Source of the DNA: an uncultured bacterium
GTDB lineage: Bacteria > Verrucomicrobiota > Verrucomicrobiia > Limisphaerales > UBA8199
Direction of reading: 5' to 3'
Assembly: GCA_963749495.1 (NCBI GenBank)
Contig: CAVVMW010000005.1
Span: 1-64,000 of the forward strand
Length of the DNA: 64,000 bases
Under the pieces are notes generated by a model, which saw nothing but the letters and a program-made list of their open reading frames with translations, was not told where the DNA came from and did no database searches. A program made the translations under genes and the position numbers. This document shows positions 40,291-50,518 of this stretch, one piece after another. Positions within the stretch are counted from its first letter, which is position 1. Every line of letters starts with the position of its first letter.

Positions 40291-41612
40291 TGTGGGTAGC
40301 GGAAACTTGGTAGGCAGAAACTTGGTAGCAGGGTGGTGAGTAGGTGGTCTGGGTCTGTTGGAGAAGCGGTTTTGGTTAAAGTGGGCATCATTCGCCCCTG
40401 GGCTGCATTTGCGTCGAGACCCCGATGCCCGCACCGGCAGCAGGGCCAGTCGCCCGACGGGCTCTCAAGAGCTTTCTCCGGGCTGAGTCAGGGTCAGGGT
40501 AACGCCCCGCCTCAGGCAGCCACTCGCGTATAACGATGGTGTAGACCTCCAATCTGAGGCAGAGCGATGATCCTGCCTTGTTCCGGCGGTTCGACCGGGC
40601 GCGGCTCGGGACAATCTTGTTCCAGTGCCCGATGAGGCCGGTGGCGATGGTAATACTCGAAATACTCGGACAGCACCCGGTGTAGGTGCCGGGCATGGAG
40701 CACGATCTGGGAGTCCAGGCACTCGCGCCGAATGGAGCCAATGAGGCGCTCAACGAAAGGATTCTGCCAGGGGCAGCGAGCCGCGATGAGCTTTTGCTCC
40801 AGGCCCAAAGCGGTGGCTCGAGCCTGAAATTCCAGGGCATAAATGCTGTCGCGATCCCGGAGCAGGTAGCGGGGCGGACTGGAGTAGGCAAAGGCCTCGG
40901 TCAGTTGCTGCGCAGTCCAAGGAGCCGTGGGTGAATCGGTCACATTGAAATGGAGCACCTTGCGGCGCTCATGGGCAAGCACCAGAAAGACGTAGAGCAC
41001 CCGGAAGGTGGCCGTCGGGACGGTAAAGAAGTCCACCGAAACCAACTCCTTGGCGTGGTTCTGGAGGAAGCTCTTCCAACTCTGGTCGCGGCGGTCGCGG
41101 CGCGTTTTGGGACGATACTTGCGCACGGTCGAATCCGAGACGTGGAGGCCCAGCTTGGCCAACTCCGCCTGGATGCGCTTGCTGCCCCAGTTGGGATTGC
41201 CCGACCACATTTGGCGAATGAGGGTAACCCGTTCCCTGTCCAGGGAGGGCCTCCCGGCGCGAGCCCCAGATTTCCATCGCCAGAACAAGCGAACACCCAG
41301 GCGGTGCCAACCGACAACGGTCCGAGGCTGAACGAGCACCAGCGACTGGTTCCACTTGGACCAGAATCGCCGGAGCGGCACCCAGAGGAGCCGATCCGAA
41401 CGCCTGAGCCTGGGCTTGGGGGCCGAGCGCCGGAGCACGGCCAGTTGATGGCGGAGGGCCAGGTTTTCCAACATCAATTCCCGGCGAGATTGAAGGCCGG
41501 AGCCGAACGTGCGGACGACCAGCGACAGCAAATAGAACATCGGTGAGAAATCTGGCAGCCCGCGGTGGAAAATCAACCGGGCCGCTGAGGGATGGGTTTT
41601 TTCGCTACCCAC
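40291..41612 (-). mobile_element. IS-like element encoding an integrase-core (rve) transposase
   Basis: Terminal IR GTGGGTAGCG(G/A)AAA at 40292-40305 and 41599-41612; repeated AAACTTGGTAG at 40303 and 40318. Confidence 0.75.
40512..41540 (-). CDS. Integrase core domain (DDE) transposase
   Basis: ENLALRHQL, VDFFTV, LLRDRDSIY, PWQNPFVERLIGSIRRECLD, GGLHHRY. Confidence 0.92.
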   Translation of the reverse strand: MFYLLSLVVRTFGSGLQSRRELMLENLALRHQLAVLRRSAPKPRLRRSDRLLWVPLRRFWSKWNQSLVLVQPRTVVGWHRLGVRLFWRWKSGARAGRPSLDRERVTLIRQMWSGNPNWGSKRIQAELAKLGLHVSDSTVRKYRPKTRRDRRDQSWKSFLQNHAKELVSVDFFTVPTATFRVLYVFLVLAHERRKVLHFNVTDSPTAPWTAQQLTEAFAYSSPPRYLLRDRDSIYALEFQARATALGLEQKLIAARCPWQNPFVERLIGSIRRECLDSQIVLHARHLHRVLSEYFEYYHRHRPHRALEQDCPEPRPVEPPEQGRIIALPQIGGLHHRYTRVAA

Positions 41613-41626
41613 CCATCGCCAAGTCC

Positions 41627-41893
41627 CAGCGGCTGGGCGGCTTGCTGCAGTTTTACTATCGCAAAGCGGCGTAAGGTGCTTTGGGCAGCGAGTCGCTCTC
41701 TGGCGCCGATAGAGCTGGGGTCAAGTTGTGCCAACAACCCAAAGGCCCGAGCGCTTAGCGGGCTGGCGCAGGGTAATGCTGCTAAGAGTCCGTGGTTCAT
41801 TGGGGCGGCGTCAGCGCACTGCCCTGCCGGGCCGCGTGCCCCCGAGATCAACAATACCTTTAGACTTCCACCCGAGTTTTTTGACCTCACGGG
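41627..41893 (+). mobile_element. 3' remnant of a second, oppositely oriented integrase-core element
   Basis: QRLGGLLQFYYRKAA* (41627-41674), then a non-coding tail ending GAGTTTTTTGACCTCACGGG. Confidence 0.6.
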
Positions 41894-42119
41894 GAAAAAC
41901 CCAGCCCGCCAGCGTCGGCGCCCCGGCCAGTCGAGCCCGCCAAGCCGCCCAGCGTTGCCCCCGCCGTCCCTCCACCGCCAGCAACACCCCTCCCGGCGGT
42001 TGGCCCCCCACCACCGCGCCGGAGCCGGGTGTCCCCTCGCAGCCTGCCTCCTCGCTCTCGCCGCCTGAGCCACAGACTGCCCCGCCCCCACAGCCCAAGT
42101 CGTGGACCTGCGCATCGGC

Positions 42120-42753
42120 CTCGACATCGTCAGGACGCGCATCCCGGCCAAGTTCCGGTTCGACCCCATCCGCGATCACAACTTTGCTGCAACTTGTCCC
42201 GATCTCGACCAGCGTGGCGGCGATGGCCTCCGGCTCCGTCCGGTCGGCGTGGCGGCCAGTTCCGGCATCAAGCCCTCGTTGACCCTGTGAGCGTTGGTGA
42301 TGATGCGGCTGTGGGCCGCCTGCCTGAAAACCTCCGTCAGCCGCACCACCGGCACCACCTTGCTCTCGATTAAGTGCCGGAGCACCATGCCGGGCCCGAC
42401 CGAGGGCAGTTGGTCCACGTCGCCGACCAGCAGCAGGCTGGCGCTGGGCGGCAGCGCCCGGAGCAGGTTGTTCATCAGCAGCACGTCCACCATCGAGGTT
42501 TCGTCTACGACCAGGAGGTCGCACTCCAGCGGTCGGCCTTCGTGCGCGTGAACCCGCCCGACGCCGGGTTGACCTCCAGCAGCCGGTGGATGGTCTTGGC
42601 CTCGACGCCGGTCGTCTCCCAGAGGCGCTTGGCGGCGCGGCCCGTGGGCCCGCACAGCAGGCACCGCACCTTCTTGGCCCGGAGGATAAGCAGGATGGCG
42701 TTGAACAGGGTGGTCTTGCCCAGGCCCAGCCCGCCGGTCAGGGCCAGCACCCG
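42120..42753 (-). pseudogene. recD2: RecD2-like helicase fragment, frameshifted and partly inverted
   Basis: [52 protein letters not shown]. Confidence 0.85.
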
Positions 42754-42996
42754 GCTGGCGCACCTTCCAACCGCTGCTCCCCAGTGAGCCGCCACCATAA
42801 GCCAACACCCATCTGCTAGGCTAAAACCTCCAGAAACAACGCCAGTACTTGCCGGTTGACACCATCATCCCCGCCTGGCAAGTTGGAACCAGAATGAGCG
42901 GGACACAAGACCAATTCTCCCTCACCCGCGCAGCCCCACGTGAAGAGGTGGCGGGTCAACAAACAAATGCCAATCAGTTCAGTTCTGTTACAATCT

Positions 42997-43800
42997 ATGA
43001 CTTCCCCACGTATTCTTAAACACGTCTGTCTCGTGACCCTTGCCGCCCTGGCGATCAGCGCCGCCTCCATTCGGGCGCAAGATAAACCGGCCACCGCAGC
43101 CGCACCCGTGGCGGCGTCCATCGGGCAACCCGATGCGAATGGCTTTATCAGCCTTTTCAACGGCAAAGATCTGACCGGCTGGAAAGGCCTGGAGGGCTAC
43201 TGGTCTGTCAAGAACGGCGTCATCAACGGCAGCGAAACCAAGGATCACTCGGTCCAGACTGATCTCATTCTGAGCGCCTCCAAGGAGCACCCTGAAAAGT
43301 TTGTCAATTTCGAGCTTCATATCAAGTGGATGCTTGTGAGCCCAGACGGCAACTCGGGCGTGCAGTTCCGTTCGGTGATCAACAATCCGAGGACCCTTCA
43401 CGTCGGCGGCTACCAAGCCGACATCGATAGCGGCGGCAATTACACCGGTTCGATCTACGACGAATCGGGCATTGCCGGCGGCCGCGGCACGATGAGCAAC
43501 CGCGGTGAAAAAACCACTTGGGACGCCGAGAATAAGCGCCACAACAACCCGCTTTCGGAAAGCGCCGACAACCTCAAGAAACTGCTCCACAATACGGGCG
43601 ATTGGAACGATATCGTCCTCATCGTCCAGGGAAACCAGGTCCAGTACAAGATCAACGGCCACCTGATGACAGAGTTGATTGACGAAAGTCCGAAGGCTGT
43701 CCTCAAGGGCGGCGTGATTGCGCTCCAGATGCACGCCGGCTTCACGATGGACATTCAGTTCAAGGATATTTCCATCAAGTTCCTCGACGGAAATCCGTAG
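42997..43800 (+). CDS. DUF1080 (3-keto-disaccharide hydrolase-like) protein
   Basis: Signal peptide; SLFNGKDLTGW, NSGVQFRS, GYQADID, DWN, GVIALQMH, FKDISIK. Confidence 0.92.
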   Translation: MTSPRILKHVCLVTLAALAISAASIRAQDKPATAAAPVAASIGQPDANGFISLFNGKDLTGWKGLEGYWSVKNGVINGSETKDHSVQTDLILSASKEHPEKFVNFELHIKWMLVSPDGNSGVQFRSVINNPRTLHVGGYQADIDSGGNYTGSIYDESGIAGGRGTMSNRGEKTTWDAENKRHNNPLSESADNLKKLLHNTGDWNDIVLIVQGNQVQYKINGHLMTELIDESPKAVLKGGVIALQMHAGFTMDIQFKDISIKFLDGNP

Positions 43801-43858
43801 TCGGAAATGGATCACCGGAAATGCCAGCCTCTTCGATCAGCCGTTGTCGTCCATCTGA

Positions 43859-44055
43859 ATCGAGGCCGATGACGAGGTACAGAGCGGAGCCTCCGATGGT
43901 CCTGTCCTGGACGCATGCGGCAAGCTCGTGGCACTGGCATCAAACTGCTTGGCAACCACCGTTGGGGTGAAGTCGTCTGCCTTGTGCCTGCGCCATCCGC
44001 AAGCCCTGCCAGTCTGGATTTGTGAGAGCTTCCCGGGACCTAAAGCTGTCGATTG
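43859..44055 (+). pseudogene. Trypsin-like protease C-terminal fragment
   Basis: QSGASDGPVLDACGKLVAL resembles the GxSGGP motif; no start codon. Confidence 0.35.
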
Positions 44056-44295
44056 AGCGGGGATCAAAGTCCCCTTGTCACATCGTCCATTCGCCACCAC
44101 CATGAGCCCCGCCCGCGAACCATGCTCACTTTCCCGGATGTAGCGTGCTGGCCGGCGAGTCCAGAGCGGCCTAAGTATCGTAAGGTTCGATTCAGATGAT
44201 TGTCGCGGGCCGAATACCGCACCCGTCGAGTGCCTGCGAAAACAGACTGGACCCGCGAATCGAGAACAAATACCATGCCCCGCAGAAAACTGCCC

Positions 44296-45279
44296 ATGAA
44301 CCAGCGGATCATAAGTTTCTTGATGTTCCATATCGTTGCGGCGCTTTCCACTTTCGCTGCACCGATCAAGGTAGGCATCATCGGTTTGGACGCGCACGCG
44401 GTGCCCTGGACGCAGATCATCCACGGCCCCAAAGCGCCCCCGCCGATCTCCGACCTGCGGATTGTGGCCGCCGTCCCCGCCCCGAGCGCCGACATCCCGT
44501 TCAGCCAGGACAACATCGAAAAGAACACAGCCCGGATGCGCGAGCTGGGCGTGGAGATTTGCGGCACAATCGAGGCGATGCTACCGAAGGTGGACGCAGT
44601 GATGGTGCTGAGCATTGACGGCCGGCCGCACCTGCGGCAGGCCCGGCCCGCCTTCGCGGCCAGGAAACCGGTGTTCATTGACAAACCGGTCGCGGCGTCG
44701 CTGGCGGAGGCCATCGAGATTTTCCGCGAGGCCAGAGCGAGCGGCACACCGTGCTTCTCGAACTCCTCCCTCCGCTACAGCCCCGGCATCGCCGCCCTGG
44801 CAAACGATCCCAAGCTTGGCCGTGTGCTTGGCTGCGATGCCTACAGCAACAACCAGTCCATCCTGCCCGAGCACCCCAGCCTGTTCTACTATGGCATCCA
44901 TGGCTGCGAGATTCTTTTCACCATCATGGGCCCCGGTTGCCAGACGGTCAGCCGCGCCAAAGGCGACACCGCCGACCTCGTGACGGGCACATGGAACGAT
45001 GGCCGGGTGGGAACCTTCCGCGGCATTCTGCGGGGACAAACCGACTTCGGTGCAACGGTCTTTGGCGAGAAAAGCATCGCCCCCGCCGGCAAGTTCGAGG
45101 GGTACGAACCGCTGCTGGCGGAGATCGCGAAGTTCTTCAAGACCGGCCAGCCGCCGATGTCCGCCGAGCACACGCTGGAAATCTACGCCTTCATGGAAGC
45201 CGCCGACAAGAGCCTGCGCCAGGGTGGCCGCCCGGTGTCCGTCCCGGGCGTGCTGGAGAAGGCCCAAAGGAAACCATGA
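44296..45279 (+). CDS. Gfo/Idh/MocA-family oxidoreductase
   Basis: IKVGIIGLD, PVFIDKP, SSLRY, YYGIHG. Confidence 0.9.
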   Translation: MNQRIISFLMFHIVAALSTFAAPIKVGIIGLDAHAVPWTQIIHGPKAPPPISDLRIVAAVPAPSADIPFSQDNIEKNTARMRELGVEICGTIEAMLPKVDAVMVLSIDGRPHLRQARPAFAARKPVFIDKPVAASLAEAIEIFREARASGTPCFSNSSLRYSPGIAALANDPKLGRVLGCDAYSNNQSILPEHPSLFYYGIHGCEILFTIMGPGCQTVSRAKGDTADLVTGTWNDGRVGTFRGILRGQTDFGATVFGEKSIAPAGKFEGYEPLLAEIAKFFKTGQPPMSAEHTLEIYAFMEAADKSLRQGGRPVSVPGVLEKAQRKP

Positions 45280-45367
45280 ATGTCTGAACCACGGAGCGTC
45301 AAGAAAAGCGAATTCCTGCCATCAGTTCAAAACCCGCGGCAATTCACATCACCAAAAGGTCACTGCA

Positions 45368-46753
45368 ATGAAAATTGAATCTGAGACACAAGCGGCGAAC
45401 CCCTCCCCTGAGCCAACTTCCCCGATTTCCCGCCGCCAGTTCATGTCGCGCAGCGGCAAGCTGGCCGCGGCCTCCGCGCTGGCGGGCGCGGCCCTCCCGT
45501 TGGTCCACGCGGCGGAGAACAACATCATCCGCCTGGCGCTGATCGGCTGCGGCGGGCGCGGCAGCGGGGCGGCGGCCAACGCCTTCGATTCGCCCAACGG
45601 CCCGGTCAAGATGATCGCGATGGCCGACCTCTTCGAGAACCGGCTGGCCGACGCCCACAAGGTTCTCACCGAGAAATACGCCGGCCAGATGGACGTGCCG
45701 CCCGAGCGGCGCTTCACGGGCTTCGACGCGTGGCGCAAGGCCATTGATTGTCTGCGCCCCGGCAACGTGGCGATGCTGTGCGGCTACGCGGGGTTTCGTC
45801 CGGCACAACTGGAATACGCTGTCGAGAAAGGCGTGAATGTTTTCATGGAGAAGTCGTTTGCGACCGATCCCCCGGCGGTGCGGCGCGTGATCAAGGCCGG
45901 CGAAGCGGCGGAGAACAAGAACCTCAAGATCGCCGCCGGCCTCCAATGCCGCCATTCGCGCAACCGGCAGGAACTCATCCAGCGCATCCGCAACGGCGAG
46001 CTGGGGGACATCCAGCTCATCCGGGCCTACCGGATGCAGGCGTGCGGCTGGCTGCCGAAGCGTCCGCCGGCCGAGAAGGATTTGCACTGGCAGATCCAGC
46101 ACTTCACGGATTTCCTCTGGGTGAGCGGCGGGCTCTTCGCGGAGATGAACATCCACCAGATCGACAAGATTTGCTGGCTCAAGGGCGCCTATCCGGTTTG
46201 CGCGCACGGCATCGGCGGGCGCGCGGCGGACAACACCGACTGCGGCCAGGGCCTCGACTCGTTCACCATCGAATGGACATTCCCCGACGGCACGAAAGCG
46301 TTCGACGTGGTGCGCTGGCTGCCGAACTGCCACACCGATTTCGCCACTTACCTGCACGGCACGAAATGCGCCGCGCAGTTCTCCGGCAACGTTCACGAGG
46401 GCGTGGTGCAGATCTTCAAGGACCAGCGTTGCGAGCGCGGCAACATCGCCTGGCGCGCGCCCAAGGAGCCGATCACGCCCTGGCAGGCCGAGTGGGACAA
46501 CCTGCTGGACGCGATCCGCCAGGACAAGCCGCACAACGAAGCCAAGCGCGCCGCGCTCTCAAACCTGGCCGACATCATGGGCCGGGCGGCGGTTCATTCG
46601 GGCAAGGTCATCACCTGGGACGAGGCGATGGCGTCGAACTTCCAGTTCTGCCCGAACATTGACCAAATGACGGACGACAGCCCGCCGCCGATCCAGGCCG
46701 ACGCGCAAGGACGCTATCCCGTGCCGGTGCCCGGCAAGTGGACGGAGATTTGA
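45368..46753 (+). CDS. Tat-exported Gfo/Idh/MocA-family oxidoreductase
   Basis: SRRQFM twin-arginine signal; ALIGCGGRG, VFMEK, IHQID. Confidence 0.92.
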   Translation: MKIESETQAANPSPEPTSPISRRQFMSRSGKLAAASALAGAALPLVHAAENNIIRLALIGCGGRGSGAAANAFDSPNGPVKMIAMADLFENRLADAHKVLTEKYAGQMDVPPERRFTGFDAWRKAIDCLRPGNVAMLCGYAGFRPAQLEYAVEKGVNVFMEKSFATDPPAVRRVIKAGEAAENKNLKIAAGLQCRHSRNRQELIQRIRNGELGDIQLIRAYRMQACGWLPKRPPAEKDLHWQIQHFTDFLWVSGGLFAEMNIHQIDKICWLKGAYPVCAHGIGGRAADNTDCGQGLDSFTIEWTFPDGTKAFDVVRWLPNCHTDFATYLHGTKCAAQFSGNVHEGVVQIFKDQRCERGNIAWRAPKEPITPWQAEWDNLLDAIRQDKPHNEAKRAALSNLADIMGRAAVHSGKVITWDEAMASNFQFCPNIDQMTDDSPPPIQADAQGRYPVPVPGKWTEI

Positions 46754-46905
46754 GACCTCGGATGCGGTCGCCGACTCTGCAAAGGGACCCGTTCGACCCG
46801 ATCTTGCTGGTCTCTATCGCCTCCAAGCCCACGGAGAGACAGTCGGTTGGCTATCTATGCGGGCCAACTCAGCCCCCGTGCGCGGTGAGGACCTGGCAAA
46901 TACCT

Positions 46906-47910
46906 TCATGGAGAGTGCCTGGCGTTGGGCTTTTGCAGGCCCTGGACGATCCACTCCCGGGCTTCCTGCCACATGGCTTCAGTGGCGCCGTGGCCCGCCT
47001 CGGGAAAAGGCACGAAGCGCAACCGCTCCCGCTCTTTTCCATAGGCCGGTTCGAGGTCGGCCACGAAGCGCCGCACGGACTCCAGGTCAATGAACTCGTC
47101 GCGACCGCCGTTGATGAGACAAACCGCCTTGGGTGGGATTTGGGCGAAACGAGGCCTGGGATCGATTGACGCCACCAACTCGCGCAGGCGGGGGCCGTAA
47201 GAGGCCTTCTTCTTCTCCTGCTCGGGGCCGGGCGGCAGTTTCGTCACGTCCCACCAGAAATCCACCGCGCCGACCACGCTCGCCACAACCCGCACGCGCG
47301 GTTCGCTCCAGGCCAGGACCATCACCGTGCTGCCGCCCATGGAAACCCCCGTGACGGCGACTCGCAACGCATCCACGTCCAGCCGCCGTGCCAGGGCATC
47401 AAGAATAACGGGGACGTCTTTCGCCGTGTGGGCGATGGAGCTTTGATGAACCCAGATGCTGTACTCCTCGCCCAAGGCAGCGATGTTGTCGCCGTGAAAC
47501 ACCCCGGCGATGGACCGTTCGCCGTGGAGATGGGCGTCCAGGCTGATGGCGAAGATGCCCCGGCCGGCAAGGTCGCGGCACCAGGACTCGAGGTTCTCCT
47601 TCGCGCCTCGAAAATAGTGCAGGCAGAACGCCACTGGAAACGGTCCACCCGCGGCCGGATGAATGGCGATGGCCGGCACGGACTCGTCCGGATCGAAGCC
47701 GGGAAGACGGAGCTTTTCGCGGACCAGTCCGCCGGGCAACTCCTTCCGTTCCAGCATCTGCGCCTCAGCCAGGCGCCTTTCTGGCCTGCCTCCGTTCAAC
47801 TCGTGGGGAGCGGCTCCGGGACCGGAGGGGCTTGCCGGCGTGTCCGACTGCGCCGGTGCGAGCATGGTCGCCAACCCGAGGACAGTCAGTGCATAAAGGG
47901 GGTTTTGCAT
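46906..47910 (-). CDS. Alpha/beta hydrolase (esterase-like)
   Basis: GVSMGG nucleophile elbow, GGRDEFI, AGHG; signal peptide. Confidence 0.85.
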   Translation of the reverse strand: MQNPLYALTVLGLATMLAPAQSDTPASPSGPGAAPHELNGGRPERRLAEAQMLERKELPGGLVREKLRLPGFDPDESVPAIAIHPAAGGPFPVAFCLHYFRGAKENLESWCRDLAGRGIFAISLDAHLHGERSIAGVFHGDNIAALGEEYSIWVHQSSIAHTAKDVPVILDALARRLDVDALRVAVTGVSMGGSTVMVLAWSEPRVRVVASVVGAVDFWWDVTKLPPGPEQEKKKASYGPRLRELVASIDPRPRFAQIPPKAVCLINGGRDEFIDLESVRRFVADLEPAYGKERERLRFVPFPEAGHGATEAMWQEAREWIVQGLQKPNARHSP

Positions 47911-47989
47911 GTTGTATCAACGTCTCATTGCGCGGGACCATTCTACTTGCGCATCCTGCGTCGCTGAGGTGGAGGAGGCGGCGCGTCGA

Positions 47990-48277
47990 TTACTCCACGA
48001 ACCAAATTCCCAGGCTGTTCCGCCGGATGTCTTGCTGGCGAGCCAACCAATCCCGCACGGCCTGCGCCTTTTCCTGGGCAAGGACGGGGAAAAGCAGCCC
48101 CGGATAGGACGTTTGCCAGGCCAACGCCTCGGCTTCGGTCAAAGCCCCTCGAAACAGCCGCTCGTGCGGACGCAAACCGTCGCCACACTCGCGCAGCACC
48201 GCGTTCTTGACCTCAGCCACGTGGCCAAGTATTCGCCGGCCCGGTTGCCGGCCAAGCCCACCGGCCTTCCGATTCAA
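47990..48277 (-). CDS. Small hypothetical protein
   Basis: ALTEAEALAWQTSYPGLLFPVLAQEK, a conserved-looking motif. Confidence 0.55.
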   Translation of the reverse strand: MNRKAGGLGRQPGRRILGHVAEVKNAVLRECGDGLRPHERLFRGALTEAEALAWQTSYPGLLFPVLAQEKAQAVRDWLARQQDIRRNSLGIWFVE

Positions 48278-48922
48278 CCTGTGTGAGGGGTCAAACTATA
48301 ACTTTTCACCTCGAGGCGGAGCGCAACTGGCCTTCGGGCGGCCCAGCCCGGGGCTGGGAGGCCGCTCAGCAGGTGCGTAGCTGCGAACCACCATGCCGGT
48401 TTCACATTGACTCTCCTTTCCGCCCGCCGGAAAGGGCGCGAAGGGTGAAAGCCGAGCGTAGCGACGACGACGGCGGGGAGGCCAGACGGGCAAAGCCCCT
48501 TTGGTCGCTGGCTATTTTGGGGCGGCTTGGAAACGCAACGGCTGGACAGGCCGGCGGTCCCCTGGGGTCCGGAGCGCCGCGGCGGGTACGGCAAGCCAGA
48601 TCGCGTATGCGAGCTGGGCGGGCCACTGCTGGTTGCGCCCGTCGCGAAAATGCAAGGTGCGGGGCCGGGTCGCTTGGTGCGAGTCTTCATAGGGTGAAAA
48701 AGGAGGTCACGCCGTTTCCAGCCTGCCGCTGGTTTGTCAGTGGTGAAACGGAATGGATGCAATCTTGGCGGTTGAGAACGGGATCTTCTTCCCCTGGATT
48801 TTCTTCGAGCAATTCGCTGAAAACTCTTCTTCCTTCTTCTCAGTCGTGGTTCTTCTTCGGCTTGGACCCTCGCTCCATCCGCGCTTGCGGCAGCCCCGGA
48901 AAATCGCAAAACTCCTCGGAGA

Positions 48923-49303
48923 ATGGCATCAAAGCGAAAGTGCCGGGCCTGTGGAAAGCCCTTCAGCCCCGATTACCGAAACCAAGCGGACCAGGCTTTC
49001 TGCCCCCGGCCCGAGTGCCGGCGTCTGCGCCGAGCGGACGCGCAGCGCAAACGGCGTGAGCGCGCTCGCCAGGCCGACAGCCTTACAAGACGGCTGAAGC
49101 CCTCTGAAGCCCGCTGGCTGCGAAGGAACCCCATGATAATCGGGCTGGTCTCGGTGCTGATCGGTTCGACGGACTGGCAGGAGATCGAAGCCTTTTGTGC
49201 GTCGGCCAGTTTGAGGGGAAGGAAGATCCTTGATGGCACGCTGGCAGAAGAGGACGGAAACACCCTGAAAAATCAGGGTTCCGACACGGGAACGCCATCG
49301 TAA
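48923..49303 (+). CDS. Hypothetical zinc-ribbon protein
   Basis: KCRACGKPFSPDYRN..QAFCPRPECR; C-terminal helical part. Confidence 0.65.
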   Translation: MASKRKCRACGKPFSPDYRNQADQAFCPRPECRRLRRADAQRKRRERARQADSLTRRLKPSEARWLRRNPMIIGLVSVLIGSTDWQEIEAFCASASLRGRKILDGTLAEEDGNTLKNQGSDTGTPS

Positions 49304-49479
49304 AATCGGCTGGGCTCCGAAACAGATCCCATTCCTAACCGTCGGTTTTGCATCCCGTTCGCGCCAACGGTGACACTGGTTCAAGCCGGTCCATTCAGGG
49401 GAAATGGAAACGGGATTTACGCGGAGGCGTGAAACGTGGTAGATTAGTGCTGTAAGAGAAACATTGAACGTAAACGGCT

Positions 49480-49710
49480 ATGGAAACAGCAACCGTCATC
49501 CACGAAGGCGAATGTCAGGTCGTGCGCCTGCCCAAAGGCTTTCACATCCCCACGACCACGGTTGGTGTTCGCCACGACGGCGAGGCGATTGTGTTAGAGC
49601 CTTTGAAACCGAAGGCCTGGCCCGATGGTTTTTTCGATTCAATTCACATCACCGACCCGGCATTTTCGCGGCCTGATCAGGGGCAACTGCCGCCCGTCCG
49701 ACCTTTGTAG
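49480..49710 (+). CDS. vapB: AbrB/MazE/VagC-type antitoxin (orphan)
   Basis: METATVIHEGECQVVRLPKGF..VRHDGEAIVLEP..W..FF; no downstream toxin gene. Confidence 0.85.
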   Translation: METATVIHEGECQVVRLPKGFHIPTTTVGVRHDGEAIVLEPLKPKAWPDGFFDSIHITDPAFSRPDQGQLPPVRPL

Positions 49711-50023
49711 TTCGACAATGTTAGATTTCCTTAGAAACCCGAAATGGGTGAACTCGGCAGATCGCCGGAGCGGGCTTGGCCCCTGTCCCGAAGGGACATG
49801 CGAGAATAGCCCGGCGTTTCAACGCCGGGTGTGCGCCCCAATAGCGCCAGTCCGTCCCGAAGGGACGGCTGAAAACCAGGGCTCTTTTCAGTCGTCCCTT
49901 CGGGACGAAAATTCTCTCTTTCTCGGTCCCCCGGCGTTGAAACGCCGGGCTATTCTCAATTGTCCCTCCGGGACACGCCCTACGGCATTCCCCCTGGCTC
50001 CGAGGAAATCCAACATTGTCGAA
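49711..50023. mobile_element. 313-bp nested-palindrome MITE/REP-like element
   Basis: 21-bp terminal IR TTCGACAATGTT(A/G)GATTTCCT, GTAG direct repeats on both sides, three inner symmetric palindrome pairs. Confidence 0.8.
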
Positions 50024-50140
50024 GTAGGCAGCCGATCGGTATTCTCAACCAGAACCGCCTCGTGACCCGCGGCACGGCTGGATTGGCCGCAAAGTGGCTT
50101 GGGTGCCGGCTCCGGACATTTGCCGTCCCGGCGTCGCATG

Positions 50141-50518
50141 TTAGTAAGGGACGACACTGAGACCATGGACCCGGGTGAAGGCTGCGTCGCGGCTCACCAA
50201 CCGGAGTCCCCAAGCGCGGGCGGTCGCAGCGATCCAATTATCGTTTTCGCCCAGGCGCGAACCCGCTTGGGCCAACTCCCTTTCGATCCGGCCCGCTTCC
50301 CACGCCACCTGGCGGTGCAGCATCAGAACGCGCACGCGCCGCAGCAATCGATCCAACTCCTCTGGTGCGTTGACGCCTGCCGCAAGTTCACCCCAGGTGA
50401 TGATCGACACCTCCAGGCTCTGAGTCCTGTGGCGTGCGAGGAATCGATGCGCCGGACCCCCTTCGCGGTCAACCCGCTCTTGGGCCAGATCGACCCAAAA
50501 GGTCGTGTCAGTGAGCAT
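50141..50518 (-). CDS. vapC: PIN-domain (VapC) toxin
   Basis: LTDTTFWVD, SIITWGEL, ENDNWIAATA, LVSRD..F.RV.GL. Confidence 0.92.
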   Translation of the reverse strand: MLTDTTFWVDLAQERVDREGGPAHRFLARHRTQSLEVSIITWGELAAGVNAPEELDRLLRRVRVLMLHRQVAWEAGRIERELAQAGSRLGENDNWIAATARAWGLRLVSRDAAFTRVHGLSVVPY

